A stretch of DNA of 62,973 bases, the filler included, from Choristocarpus tenellus KU-1152 (taxonomy: Eukaryota; Protista; Phaeophyceae): assembly GCA_964200185.2 (NCBI GenBank). It is 13 parts of 13 records of this genome, joined end to end, with 100 filler letters (N's around TTAATTAATTAA, not from the genome) between each part and the next. Parts side by side here need not be neighbours in the genome. Positions count along the whole stretch, not along the records: positions 47,158 to 51,199 come from CAXNAD020016521.1; positions 51,300 to 56,158 come from CAXNAD020012762.1; positions 56,259 to 60,334 come from CAXNAD020016350.1; positions 60,435 to 62,973 come from CAXNAD020026946.1; 9 more parts are not named here. One strand, written 5' to 3'. This document shows, in pieces, positions 51,158-62,973 of this stretch. A program made the translations under genes and the position numbers. Each line of letters starts with the position of its first letter. The first letter of the stretch is position 1. The notes under the pieces are model-generated. The model did not search any database and had not been told where the DNA came from. It worked only from the letters and a program-made list of their open reading frames with translations.

Positions 51158-51199
51158 GGCTCAAAGTATCTGGGAGGGGGTGGCGGCTGTCCATTTGGG
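51158..51199. mobile_element. MITE family B terminus at contig end
   Basis: ggctcaaagtatctgggagggggtggcggctgtccatttggg. Confidence 0.8.
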
Positions 51200-51299
51200 N
51201 NNNNNNNNNNNNNNNNNNNNNNNNNNNNNNNNNNNNNNNNNNNTTAATTAATTAANNNNNNNNNNNNNNNNNNNNNNNNNNNNNNNNNNNNNNNNNNNN

Positions 51300-51380
51300 G
51301 CCAAAATTACATCAAAAATCGCAACATTGGATTTTGGCCCCCAAACGGACGCGGCTCTACGCTCTAAGATACTTTGGCTC
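51300..51380. mobile_element. MITE family A, partial (contig start)
   Basis: Ends in ctctaagatactttggctc. Confidence 0.8.
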
Positions 51381-51854
51381 TCTCTCTCTTGGTTATTCCT
51401 CGTTCTATTTGAAACATCTAGTTGTCATCAAGACACTGAACGATATGTATGTGTGTATATACATAAATTAAGAAAAGAAGCATTTAAACTCAGTGAAGAA
51501 AAAAGTGTGTGATGATATTTCATTTGATTTAGTTGAAAGTCCAGTACACACTTGCATCAACCAAGAAAATACCTACCCCGCTGCTCATACTACACTAATT
51601 TCCGTGCATCACAGGTCTAGGAGCTTTGGGTTAGTATATGAGGAGAGTATGTAGTGCTACACGATACAGCAATTGCTCTTCATTCATTGACAAGGCAGAA
51701 GCAATACTACATATCCCACTAACACACAATTCAAAATCAGCCAAGGACAAAAAACAAAACAAAATGCACATGCAGAGCTCACCATTCCCTGTGTGAGACG
51801 CTTTGCAAATCCTCATCTAGAAGACGGGAGGAGTGATCACAGGGATGAACTCAC

Positions 51855-53018
51855 CAGTGCAAGGTGTAGTTTGCGACTCAGCTTGAAGTAGCGCTCCTTG
51901 GTTATCTCCTTCCCACCATCTGGGAGAAGTGAGGGAAATCGCAAATACTCACTGGATATCTCCTAAGATGGGGCGAGAAGAAGGCAAATACAATGACTGA
52001 GATCATATACACATTTATTTATGTGTCTGAGATTTAACTTTGTTGTCTGTAAGCTACCATTTCGTCCAAACTCCTGAGGTTGACTGTAGAAAATCGAGAT
52101 CGAGATTGTACTACCACTTTAGATTGAAAGGACTGGAGTCTGAGCAATGGTCTGCGTAGTAACCCAATATCATCGACTTGAATTTTGGTGGTGTGGAGGT
52201 TCCACTTCCTCTCATCTCACCCTCAGAATAATCCTGATCCCTGACTTGTTCACATCATCTTTGACTGACCTCAATGAATGGACTTCTTCTTAAGGCATGG
52301 CGTTGGTGAACACACTGTGGAGTATTTACGATGGGATTTCCCTGCTTCTTGTATGGCACAGGTGCATCACCAGGGTTGACTGTTGTCACCACCTCGTCAC
52401 TCTGCAGATTCTGCACAATTTCCCACTGTAATCGCCTGACCTCCATCCTCTCCATATCTGACATATCCAGCTGGGGGCATTTCTCCTCAGACTTTCGACT
52501 TCGCCTACGACCCTTAGCAAGCTTCTTGGCCATGTAGGTAGCATATGTTACATGTCGAGGCTCTGGATTGGCCAATTTACCTTTGGTTGTCGTAACGCTG
52601 TTCTCTGGTGAACATTGGAGCTCTCGCTCTAGCTGTGCGACAGATGATAGTGATGCTTGTTAGGGTGCTCAGTTCAATTGTGTGTTCGATCTCTGGATGA
52701 CGGGGAAGCGGCATGTTGCGTCAATTTACCATGGGTTAGTTGACTGGAATCTAGTCTACGGACAGATAAGGATGATCTTTAAGCGGGTGTACGTGAGGCT
52801 TTGTCTTAGGGCTGTAGATACAATGCATGTTTCCTGCGTACAGATTTCAAAAGAGGAGGTGGTAAGTGAATGATTAGAAGTCGTTCCTATACCTGATCCA
52901 CATGATTTCCCCCTTCCAAGATCCAATCAAGGCTCTCCTCCTTTTCCTTATGCTCCTTCCCTGCCTCCTCATTATCCACTGTTTCCTCAGGGGCTATATT
53001 GCCGCCAGGGCTTAGCAT
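51855..53018 (-). CDS. Uncharacterised protein with an EF-hand-like segment (exons 53018-52893, 52632-52270, 51962-51855); 3' partial
   Basis: Three phase-0 GT-AG exons join in frame; RHALRRSPFIE|EISSEYLRF...DGGKEITKERYFKLSRKLHLAL resembles a degenerate EF-hand. The start ATG is uncertain. Confidence 0.6.
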
Positions 53019-53329
53019 CGTCCTACCATGGTATCGCCGAGGGGTCTTTACTTGTGTCATATATCGTGGAACATCCAGTTGTGGAGACCCATGCCTCTTT
53101 GTATGCAATCTATATTGATCCTCTCCCATTGGGTAGTGGTGCGAAGCAGTGCCCATTGCATGCTGCTTTCTGAGGGAGGGACTTGTTCACTAGAGTGTAT
53201 GACAGTTGTACGGGATACGTTTGTGGTGGTGAAAGAACATCGTTTCATGGGTTTGGTAAAGATGATCGAGGCATGTAGTTGACGTTCTTTACCCTTTTCT
53301 TCACGCCTCATCTCAGTGTGGATGTGGAC

Positions 53330-55674
53330 ATGGCTGCCATAGCTGCAGCTATTCTCCGTGGTTCTACCACACCTGACCATCTCGATGGGATCCTCGAACG
53401 CGGCCCCGCAATTGCTGACCTCCACTACGTGGATCCAGTCGGGAGGTCGTTGGTACATATCGCAGCAGGTGCAGCTGATGTGAACTCCCTTCGCTGGCTC
53501 GTGGCCCACGGCGCAGATCCACGAGAGCGGTCAAGGAGTGGTGAAACCGCCCTCCATATTGCGGTAACAGAAGGTTACTTGGACGTGGTAGTTTTTCTTC
53601 TAGATGAGGTAGGCATTCGTAAGGAGGCTATCTCTCAAGAAACACTGGATGCAGCGACAAACAGCGGATACCAACACATCTTAGAAGCCATCACACATCG
53701 CTTGTCTCCCCCGTTGCATCCACCCTCCTTGGATGCCTGTACATGGGGAGTCTCAAGCATCACACCTCCGAGTGTCTCCAAGGAGCAAGTGTGCACCGAT
53801 GCTGAAACGGAGGGTGGCATTTCACATGGGAGAGACCACATCAAGTGTGCCCCAAGAGTTGTAACTGTAAGCAACTTGTGTAGGGAGGTAGCCAGTAGGA
53901 GCAGTCGCCAGCGGGAAAATATCGACGATGGTCAAGTTGGCAGCAGGGGAGGTAGCTCTGCACTCGAGCTCGACAGTCGACGAGTAACGAGGGGAGGCTT
54001 CTTCGTGTCAGGGGCCTGGTCCAAGGCTGGCATATGTTCATGCTTTCACATTCGTCACCGGAACCTCCTGGGCAAGCACGGGATTGTCTTTGACATGGGT
54101 GTGTGCCCGGGGGAGGTAAAACGTTGTGCTGAAGGGCTAGCTTCCTAACGTGTCAGATGTGCATGATGTTTTCTGGGTAGAGATGTACTATCCTTCCGCT
54201 CAAGTGCTGCCTCCATCTGGGAACCCTTGCTCACTTAAACCACCCATCTGATTTGTGCTTTATCTAAAGGTGGTGCACGCCAAGCATGTCTTCATTTCCC
54301 ATGGCCACCTGGACCACTGCGGGGCTGTTGTTATGCACGCCAGGTTACGTGCGAAAGGGGATACCCGCCCACCTGCGAAGTACTATGTGCCGAGTGGGAT
54401 CGTGAGTAGCCTTGAGAAGGTAAGAGTCGCTACCTATGCAGATGCGCACATGTGTATATTTCCATTGCTCTCTTCCACTAGCCTCGATATTAGTAGTTTT
54501 ACTTCTGATGAAGTTGTTCGCAATAATCCTGTGGTGGTGGAAATGAAACTTGTGGGTAATATGTGCAATGTAGTAGATGGGTGCCCAATTTTTGTGCATG
54601 TCAACAAGATATTGAGCACGCCTCTATGTGTCAGTTGAATTTTTTTCTCCTATGGGCAAGAAATAGGCTCAGGTAAATTCAACCCATATGACAAATGAAT
54701 AAATATATATAGTGAGTAAGTGCAATGTATTGAAACAATTCAAAGCATGGGTATGGCTGTGAAAAATGAATATTTTGAGTTTGTCTAAACATTATGGTTC
54801 TCTGTGATGGTAGAAGTGGTGTCTAGAGTGGTGCAGACTATTTTCCCTTCTGTTCTGCCCTGCAGGCAAAGCAGGCCTTCGAAGAAATGAATGGGCAGAA
54901 CATACCCATGGACATTGTGGGAGTGTCTCCAGGGAGCAGAGTGGACCTTGGGCAGGGGTGCTTTGTACGCCCCTTTACAGTTCAGCACAGGTGCAGATCT
55001 CTTGGCAGTGCCACCCGTCCACCCAAAAACCCACGTTCTTTTGGCCAAGTCCAAAGTTCTGAAATACAAGTGTTGCTTAGTGTAGATGCAATGTGAATCT
55101 GTTCGTCCCTGCAGATTCCTTCACATTTGAAGGTGCAAGGATCATGCTATGCTGAGAACACTGGGCTTATTGATGGGAAGCTGTTTCACTGATGCACTGA
55201 TAATGTCACTCTTTGTGACAGGTATAAGCAATGTTGGTTGGTAGTAGTATGTTTTTATTTCATGTCTTGGAGTTGTATGTGATGCAAGGGGTGTCATACC
55301 ATATTTCTAGACGGAAGATATATAAACCTGTATGATGGGTGTAGATGAATAGAGGAGTGACATTCATGTGCTCTCCCAATACTTTGTCCAGTCCCCTGCC
55401 ATAGTCCAATGATACCCAGCCCGCTATGAATTGTCCTGTCTCTACTCCCAACCCTATGGTATCTCAATGATTAACTGCACAAACTAGCTAAGCCAATGCC
55501 TCCTACTCCCTCCCCCCTGGCCAAAATCTCCTCTTCTCACAAATGGGCTTCTGACTACCTGTATGGGGAGAATGTCAGGGTGGAGGCTCTAGGCTTTGCC
55601 TTGCTGCGATGTAAGTCAGATGGTCTGAAAGAGGAGTACCGTGGGATACATTCCCATAAGCTTGCTGCCCTTAG
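53330..55674 (+). CDS. Ankyrin-repeat / TM-type ribonuclease Z (metallo-beta-lactamase fold) fusion; exons 53330-54115, 54270-54419, 54866-54990, 55579-55674; 3' partial
   Basis: ANK repeats GRSLVHIAAGAADVNSLRWLVAHGAD and GETALHIAVTEGYLDVVVFLL. RNase Z motifs WSKAG (EGxSxxG-like), FDMGVCP, VFISHGHLDH (HxHxDH), HRVEALGF and GLKEEYRGIHSHKLAALR (TM-type KL/flexible-arm motif). All splices are phase-consistent. Confidence 0.87.
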
Positions 55675-56100
55675 GTGATTGCTGTCTGTGTGTATGTTTT
55701 TTTTTTGAGACTTTGCGGTGTGATTGTAGGGTGAGATGAGAGTGTTACTGCTCAACTCTACTCCTGATAAGTATTTCTTGTTTGTCCACTCCCCCCCCCC
55801 CTGGTTCCCAACAGAAACCCACAAGCGGAAGACTCCAGATCATTGAGGTTGAGAAAGTAGTGCTGCAATCAAACTCTCAAGAGTAAGTAAACTTGACAGG
55901 GGCCGGTCCCAGCGTTTTGTTTGCAGGTAATGGTAGTTGCACATTATTTTTGAAGTACTGTGCTGCGCCGGCATGAATATTGTTGGGGCATGCAGCTTTT
56001 ACTTTACAATGCCCTTCAAGTATTTCTCTCCCATGGCCAAGCCCTGCCTATATGTGTTACATTGTTGCCTTCACTTGTCACACCTCTACGATCAACACCC

Positions 56101-56140
<40 letters not shown>

Positions 56141-56819
56141 ACCCACCCCCCCCCACCCNNNNNNNNNNNNNNNNNNNNNNNNNNNNNNNNNNNNNNNNNN
56201 NNTTAATTAATTAANNNNNNNNNNNNNNNNNNNNNNNNNNNNNNNNNNNNNNNNNNNNCCTTTAGCAAGGCCCAGCCGAAAAGTGTTCAAGAGAGAAAGA
56301 AAGTATGGTGATACTCCACCCCCCCCCCTCCCCCCCCCCCCTCCCCCCCCCGACGGACTGTTTCCAGTTTATATTTTGCAAACTTTTTTTGGTTGTCACA
56401 GCTCCTTGGGGAAAGGCTGGGATTGGATGGACACATGGGTAAATGTCGCACGTTTTTTTTTCATATATGGATAGTTCGAAATATGCCTAAGGTTGCTTGT
56501 GTTCGATGCATCGCTTAATGTGTGCCAATTACGACACTTCGGGTATTTCTGGAATGTTTTTTTTTTTATCGGCGCTGCAAAACAAAAAATGCAAGGATCG
56601 TCTACACCTTCAACAACAACCCAGTATATGTATGCATTTAACATCTTCATACTTTGAAGTAAGCATTTTCTAGCACACACGTAACTCCTTTTGTTCATAT
56701 AGTTCTCTTTAAAGTATTCAAGTCCGTTGATCCCACTATGACAAATCGGTGCATATTCAGTCATATAAACACCCTCACACACTCTAATATACATACAGTA
56801 CTTCACACACTTTGCCCTA

Positions 56820-57099
56820 GCCGAAGAGCATTTAAGAGGGTGGGAATTTTGCCCTGTTTGTCAGTTTGGGGTTTGGCTTTCCACAACTTTTTTTTTATGT
56901 CCCTTTTTCGGTTTTCTGTGCGAACACAGTGAATTACCTACCTAAGATGTATACGACTATAAAAAAAGGTGTGTATCCGGAAACAAGGATGTTGACACTT
57001 CCTACCAAAGACGAGAGTCCAAATTACATCAAAATCGCAACGTTGTTGGATTTACGACCCCAAACAGACGCGGCCCTAACCCCTTCAATGCTTTGACTC
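56820..57099. mobile_element. MITE family A, diverged copy
   Basis: ttttgccctgtttgtcagtttgggg... interior and a ctttgactc terminus. Confidence 0.7.
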
Positions 57100-57213
57100 T
57101 CTTGTTGAAGTCTTCAACTCCAATTAATCCTGTTTCAGTGTCTCCCTACATTTCTTAAGAATCTAAGCTAAGCTCACCAACCTCTCGACCCGCAAAACTT
57201 GCCCACGTATCAG

Positions 57214-57765
57214 GACAGAGGTCGAGTACCGCTCCCACCGCCTGCATGCCCACCCCTGGCAATGCCCAGCATGTGGCCAGAGCAATGCTGGATTAATGTT
57301 CCCGGTTTGTGAGCTGTGCGGCAACAAGTTGGGTCCTGCCGGGGAGGACCTGGAAGCTCGTCTGAAGGATGACGTTCAGAAGGCGCTGATCCATGCAAGG
57401 TGCAGGCGAGGTAGAAGTTTTGGTTGCCGGGCATGAACAAAGGGGGGGGAGAGTCATACATTGCAAACACCCTGCAGCACCCTTTCTGTGCTCTGTGGAC
57501 ATATGTCCTCTTGGTGCCCTCTCTATCTGAGAAATCTCTATCTCTCTCCCTAACCCTCAACTGTTTGACCTCTTCCCCACTCCACCATTTTGCCTTGTTT
57601 AACGGACTTGGCACTATAGAAGGAGTATTGACTTGCCAGACAGTGGCTCGATTCGCAGTGCTGGTTGTGACCCCATCGATAGATACTGTGATGACCCTCC
57701 CGATGACATCCGTGGCAAAGGCTGCTGTGCAGCTTTTGAACCTGCTGGAATAGGAGACCAGGCAG
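57214..57765 (+). CDS. Exons of a protein with a RanBP2-type zinc finger (57214-57399, 57620-~57765); partial
   Basis: HPWQCPACGQSNAGLMFPVCELCG fits W-x-C-x2-C-x3-N-x(n)-C-x2-C; flanked by cag|...|gt; phase-2 join to the next exon. Confidence 0.6.
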
Positions 57766-57789
57766 GTTGAGAGGTTGGCGAGGTATAGG

Positions 57790-57862
57790 GAAATAATAAT
57801 AATAATATAATAATAATAATTATTATAGTAACAATGACAGTGGCAATGAGTTATGATGATCA

Positions 57863-57904
<42 letters not shown>

Positions 57905-57995
57905 ATACTACCACCACTACTACTACAACCACCACCATCACCACCACCAGTACTACTACAAAATGATACTTCGAGGTATATATATATATATATAT
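57790..57995. repeat. Compound microsatellite (AAT)n-(CTA)n-(CAC)n-(TA)n
   Basis: Direct reading. Confidence 0.9.
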
Positions 57996-58999
57996 GATAG
58001 CAGTAGATGGGGAGGAAATGTGACAGTCACCAACTGAAGAGGAGCTAGTGACACAGGTTCACAAAAAAAAGATGTGGACCTAGAGTGGATTTGATAGTGC
58101 AGAGGTTCTAAGAGAACTTGAATGTGTTCCCATGCTGGTGACACGGATGGACGTAAGATCCCTAGGGACTACTATGATCCTATTGCAGAGGAAAATATGT
58201 ACCTACATACATATGTGTATGTGTGTATATATATGTATATTCTGAAAATAAGACAGAAATAATATGTATTTTCAGCAAACTCTATTCGAAGATTCTAGTT
58301 CAAAACATGCAATTTTCATAAAAAATAACCGACATGAAAATTGATGAACAAAAGTTCTGTACATGTATTTTTTCAAACAAAATGTTCTCTGACCCCTGAG
58401 AGCGGTTCAACCCGAGATTTTAAAAAAAGCTAAACCAACAGTGTCGCCCTGCCTTACCTGACTCTTCTCTAACGCCCTCCTTGTCCTATTGCTCTTGTGC
58501 ACTCCGGCCAGGATCACAATCCCTCCCTTGCTGTGTGTAGTGCATCGATGCCAGGCATGAGGAAACCTTCCCATTGTGATGAGAAGGGGGTGAAGGGTTC
58601 ACTGGACGGGTCAGTAGTCGGCAAATGTTTGGCAGCATTGACAGCACCAGAAGAACTGGTGCTAGAGGCAAGTGTTGGCGACGGGCAGTGCTATCAATGT
58701 TCAACCTGAAGGCATTCTATTGGTTGAAAGTAGTACTTAGGTTGTTCTATTGGTGCAAATGTTGCTACTCGCTTTGTATGTTTGAGAAGTGCTTGTTGGT
58801 TGTACGTTGGCAATGAGACTGAACAAAGAGTCGGTGAGTTGCCATGTCCATTATTTGGGTTTTGAGGGTTCCTGTGGGTGTTGGAACATGGACGAACACA
58901 CATGCACTCCTTTTGAATCGCCCCATATGTCCTTTTTCTGGATAGTGTATTCCCTGTAAGAATAATCGAGTTGACGTTTTGGGTTGTCACAGTGTCAGG

Positions 59000-59092
59000 T
59001 AGATTGATAGATAGATAGATAGGAAGACTGATAGATTGATAGTATGATAGATTGATATATTGATAGATTGATAGATAGGAAGATAGACGGAC

Positions 59093-59135
<43 letters not shown>

Positions 59136-59192
59136 ATGATATATTGATTGATCAATAAATAGATAGATAGATAAATAGATAAATCGATAGAT
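59000..59192. repeat. (GATA)n microsatellite
   Basis: Direct reading. Confidence 0.93.
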
Positions 59193-59514
59193 GAAAAATA
59201 AATTTGATCCTCTGGATTCCCACCTCATACTATCCTTAGGTCGAAGCATTGAGTCTGCTGTTGACCCTGATCCTTACCTATTTGCCCAGCCAGCGTCCCC
59301 CCCACTTTTGCAAATGACCCTGAGAACAGAAAAAATATCTCAAATTCAAATAAGTCAAGGTTCAGATCTTTGCTAAAAAAACTTTGTAGCATTGAATAAA
59401 GTTTCCCTTGGAATTACACAACAGGAATTGTGTCTCTGGTTTAGTTGATGGGGTGCTACATTTGTGGAATGAGGCGCCTGGAGCCAGTTCAACATGTTAA
59501 ACACACCTACACTG

Positions 59515-59713
59515 GGGTCAAAGTATCTGGGGGTGTGTGTGCCGGCGTCCGTTTTTGACCCTGGCTCAAAGTATCTGGGGGGGGTGGCGGTTGTACATTT
59601 GGGGCCAATTTGGTTCCATACATTGGATGGATAATGAAAGGGCACTTTTCCTGGTTTTTGTCCAAATAGATACTCTGTTTTAGACTCCCCCCCCCACCCA
59701 GATACTTTGAGTC
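59515..59713. mobile_element. 47-bp TIR-bounded mini-element (59515-59561) abutting a MITE family B copy (59563-59713)
   Basis: gggtcaaa...tttgaccc followed by ggctcaaagtatctggggg...cccagatactttgagtc. Confidence 0.75.
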
Positions 59714-59761
59714 TTGCAAAAGTTTGTCTTTTTTTCTAATACTGCCGTCAAGATAGAGAGG

Positions 59762-59793
<32 letters not shown>

Positions 59794-60437
59794 GTCAGAC
59801 CAAGGGTAACACTTATGGCCAATGACAAGATGATAGATCATATCTTTCAAATACTTCCCATCTCCAGAGGGTGGTGAATTACTGACTGGTGCAAGGCGGA
59901 AAGCCAGCCAGCCAGCCAGCCAGTCAGTCAGCAGCACTGATGTTCCCAAGCCCCATAGAGGCAGAAGTAAGAGTATAATCTGGTTTGCTGCCTATCATTT
60001 TTTTCTATATCCCCTCGCCCCTGTTTTCTTGAGGACACCTGTTAGTACCAAAACTATTTACTGATGGAGTAAGAACTTCTGTAGTGCTGCAGCCATCATT
60101 TTGTGAACAAGAATGTTGCATTTGGGAGCATGTCCCCCTTCAAAAATTCCTATCGATCTCTAGGCGACTCACTCATGCTATACATAGTGTGGCTAGCTGT
60201 CCCAGAAACCATCTTTCTCACAACATTATATAAATCGCTGTCAGATTGGTCCAAAAAGGGGAGGGGGTTGGGGGGGGGAAGGGAAGGGAAGGGGGGGGGA
60301 GGGGCAATACCGACCCCCTCCCCCTTATCTTCTANNNNNNNNNNNNNNNNNNNNNNNNNNNNNNNNNNNNNNNNNNNNTTAATTAATTAANNNNNNNNNN
60401 NNNNNNNNNNNNNNNNNNNNNNNNNNNNNNNNNNTGG

Positions 60438-60469
<32 letters not shown>

Positions 60470-60470
60470 T

Positions 60471-60502
<32 letters not shown>

Positions 60503-60687
60503 GACTGTGTGAAATGTCAATGATACAAATTATGTTTTTTGTATGCTACTAACTTGCAAAGCATTCAGGAACCCACAGTTCCGAATGCATGCCAAGCACT
60601 GATGGTGGACAGAGTTTACCCAACAACAAGATAAAATATGAATCCTTGATTTTTCCGTTGGGATGGTTTGGGGGGGGGGGGTGACAG

Positions 60688-62855
60688 ATTTTGGCAGAGG
60701 TCTTGGCTGTGATGTGTGTAGCAGCCCCTACACCTGCCAAGTCCAAGGAGGGTGGAGCATCTGCCGCAGGACATGGAGAACTATTGGGAGGCATGGATGG
60801 CCTGCCCTCTGAGACATCACTCAGGGAAGGGGGGGGGAGGAGGGATATGGTTCCTATGGGGTCAGGCCACTCGACTTCAAGAGGGCGCGGTTCAGAATCT
60901 GCTTCGGCAAGGAGAAGGAACCAAAACAGTTCTGCTGGTTGGGGTTCGGGAGGAGGCAAGGACAGTTCCAGAGGTGGAGGGAGTGGCAATGGTGGTGGCC
61001 GGACGGTAGGGGGGGGGCATCGTGGTGGGATGGAGATAGTGCATATAGCAACGCAGGCGACTTTCAGTCTGTTGGACAGACTGGGGCAGTGGGCTGGGTC
61101 AAAGGGTGGGGCAGGGGAGAAGCCTTCGAGGAGAAGGGGAGAGTCGACTGCTGCGGGTGAGGGATGGCCTGAGGACTCCAGACGCCGGAAGTAAGAACTA
61201 GTATGATGTGTTCTGGTTAGGGTTAGGGTTAGGGTTAGGGATAGGGATAGGGATAGGGTTGATGGTGTTGTGTCCTTGAACTAAACCAATACACCATTGA
61301 AAGTGACGAAATGTATGGGTCTTTTTTAAAGAGTCGAATAACTTCATAGTGACCGACTTGTTGTACTTGGATGGACGGAGGTAACACATCCATGAAGAGG
61401 TGACATTTTTACTAACTGAACCATTTGTACATTAATGCTGAGTTCAAATAGTGTGCTCTAGTCCAAGTATTTCTTGAAGCGGTTGTTTGGACAAGTCACT
61501 TCTGTCTGTCTTCTACTGTTGTATATTTTGTAGGAAGGCGTATTGATTGTCTGTCTACAGGGGGTGCTTCTGATGTTGAAAAATGTCAATGCCCAACTGG
61601 GGGTGAACTACTCCCCTCATCACATCCACAAACATACACAAACATAAACACACAATTGTATGATCAAATCCTTCAAAATACTGTGTATTTCAATGTCTTG
61701 ACCTGCATTGGGGCTTGCTGCCACCGCTGCCACCACCACGACCCCAGAGCCCTCTTGGAATTTCTGGAACGGGTTCCGAGGGAAGTGCTGGTTTGTGGGG
61801 CCATGCGTGTGAGAGCATACACGAGAGCTTTGCGTTACCTTGAGGAACACATCAGGGCGGAGCATGCTAGGAGACAGTTGCAGGGCCAGGTGTGTTCAGT
61901 GCATTGTATCAGATTCAACTATTTCCTACCACTGTGTAAGAATATTCATATCGGCAGGGCATATAGTCGACCTCCAATTTGTGGCGGGCATCTGACTTTC
62001 CCTTGGAATTTTAGAATGCCACCTATTGTGTAGTTCTTTGTGTGGGGGGTGGGCAGATCGGTGTGGCGGTATGGCGGTATGACTTGTACCGATGGGAGTA
62101 TAAGCTGTACTTATCATAGTGTTGTTGGTTTCTCTCACAGTTGTACTGTGGTACAACCTCTGGGTGATGGAGGTTTTGCTTGTTCTGTGTCCCTTTCCGC
62201 CAGGTCTCTTTTGATTTTATACCCTGAAAAGTAGAGCATGGGTGTATACCCCGGAGTATGCATCAGAAGTAAAACAGGAGTGGGGTGCTTGTTGGAAGGG
62301 TTAGGGTTACGCCACACCTTGAAAAGAACCCAAACATACATCAGAAAAATTGCTGAGGTAGGTGTGAGAAAATAGAGCAAAATCGGTTATACAGCCATTG
62401 TCATTACAAAAAAAAAAAATGGTGTTTGTCTCGGAATGGATCATGCACGTTAGTTTTCTGTGTGTAGTAAACATAATTACGACTTTGAAGTGGTATTTTA
62501 GAGTTAGGGAATGATCTCGCGGTACTGGAAAAAAACAAACACAATCAATTATTTTTATTTTTATTTTTATTTTTTGGAGTTATTCTGATGTGTACGCAAT
62601 ATAGGTGGGGAGCTACTAGGCATGTAAATAAATGTATACTAGTACGTATGTAAAAAGTATGCAACTGATTTATGACCCCGCCCCTTCTCATTCTCCACCA
62701 CCTCCACCTGCTTTCCATGATCATCACCCTGTGCCTGGTCCTGGGGTGTTGGGGCGATGCAGGGAAGTTCCTGGACCCAGGGAGGAGTGTTCCGGAATGA
62801 TGGGGCTAATGGATCACTACCGGTGTTGAAACCTGCGGAGCTACACCAACTGCAG
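60688..62855 (+). CDS. ATR: Serine/threonine kinase ATR (PIKK family), internal exons 60688-61190, 61748-61889, 62763-62855
   Basis: ATQATFSLLDRLGQW and FLERVPREVLVCGAMRVRAYTRALRYLEEHI match the ATR segment at the start of the FAT region (QTVFSMLDHLTQW; FLDLIP...AYTRA...E); splices are phase-consistent (2, 0). Confidence 0.82.
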
Positions 62856-62866
62856 GTGTCTCCTCC

Positions 62867-62905
<39 letters not shown>

Positions 62906-62973
62906 TTTCTCCCCCCCCCCCCTTTTTTTTTTCGGGTGTGGAAAAACACCCCGGGGACCAAAAAAAAACAAGA

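Noticed and set aside
26077-55674. A single defence island linking the alpha-kinase fusion and ANK-RNase Z
   Set aside because: The genes are on different contigs separated by five artificial spacers, so physical linkage cannot be claimed.
57210-57947. 245-aa minus-strand ORF
   Set aside because: Begins in microsatellites and is antisense to better-supported plus-strand zinc-finger exons.
61215-61260. Chromosome telomere
   Set aside because: Short, degenerate and located inside an ATR intron.

Overview
Eukaryotic nuclear DNA. Intron-rich GT-AG genes, interstitial TTAGGG tracts and the transposon types suggest a stramenopile, probably a brown alga or relative (inference). The window is 13 contigs joined by an artificial 100-bp spacer (44 N + TTAATTAATTAA + 44 N), so adjacency across spacers is not established. 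Host genes or fragments: EMC3 (5' exons), ATR kinase (internal exons), a Tudor-knot/MBT-like protein, a PH-domain protein with a long disordered tail, an EF-hand-like protein, a RanBP2-type zinc-finger exon and several unidentified exon sets. The two most notable genes are multidomain fusions involving nuclease or nuclease-like domains. One is an intact, intron-poor gene encoding a DUF4258/BECR-like putative RNase domain + vWA (MIDAS) + alpha-kinase (26077-28600), set among transposon relics. The other is an ankyrin-repeat protein fused in one exon to a TM-type RNase Z (53330->55674). The rest is rich in mobile DNA: two related MITE families sharing a TIR core (AAAGTATCT) with mostly 4-bp TSDs, a Copia relic, RLE-type non-LTR relics, a DD39D mariner relic, and probable Helitron, ISL2EU/Harbinger-like and IS630/Tc1-like relics. 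All domain calls come from motif recognition by eye; no searches were run.
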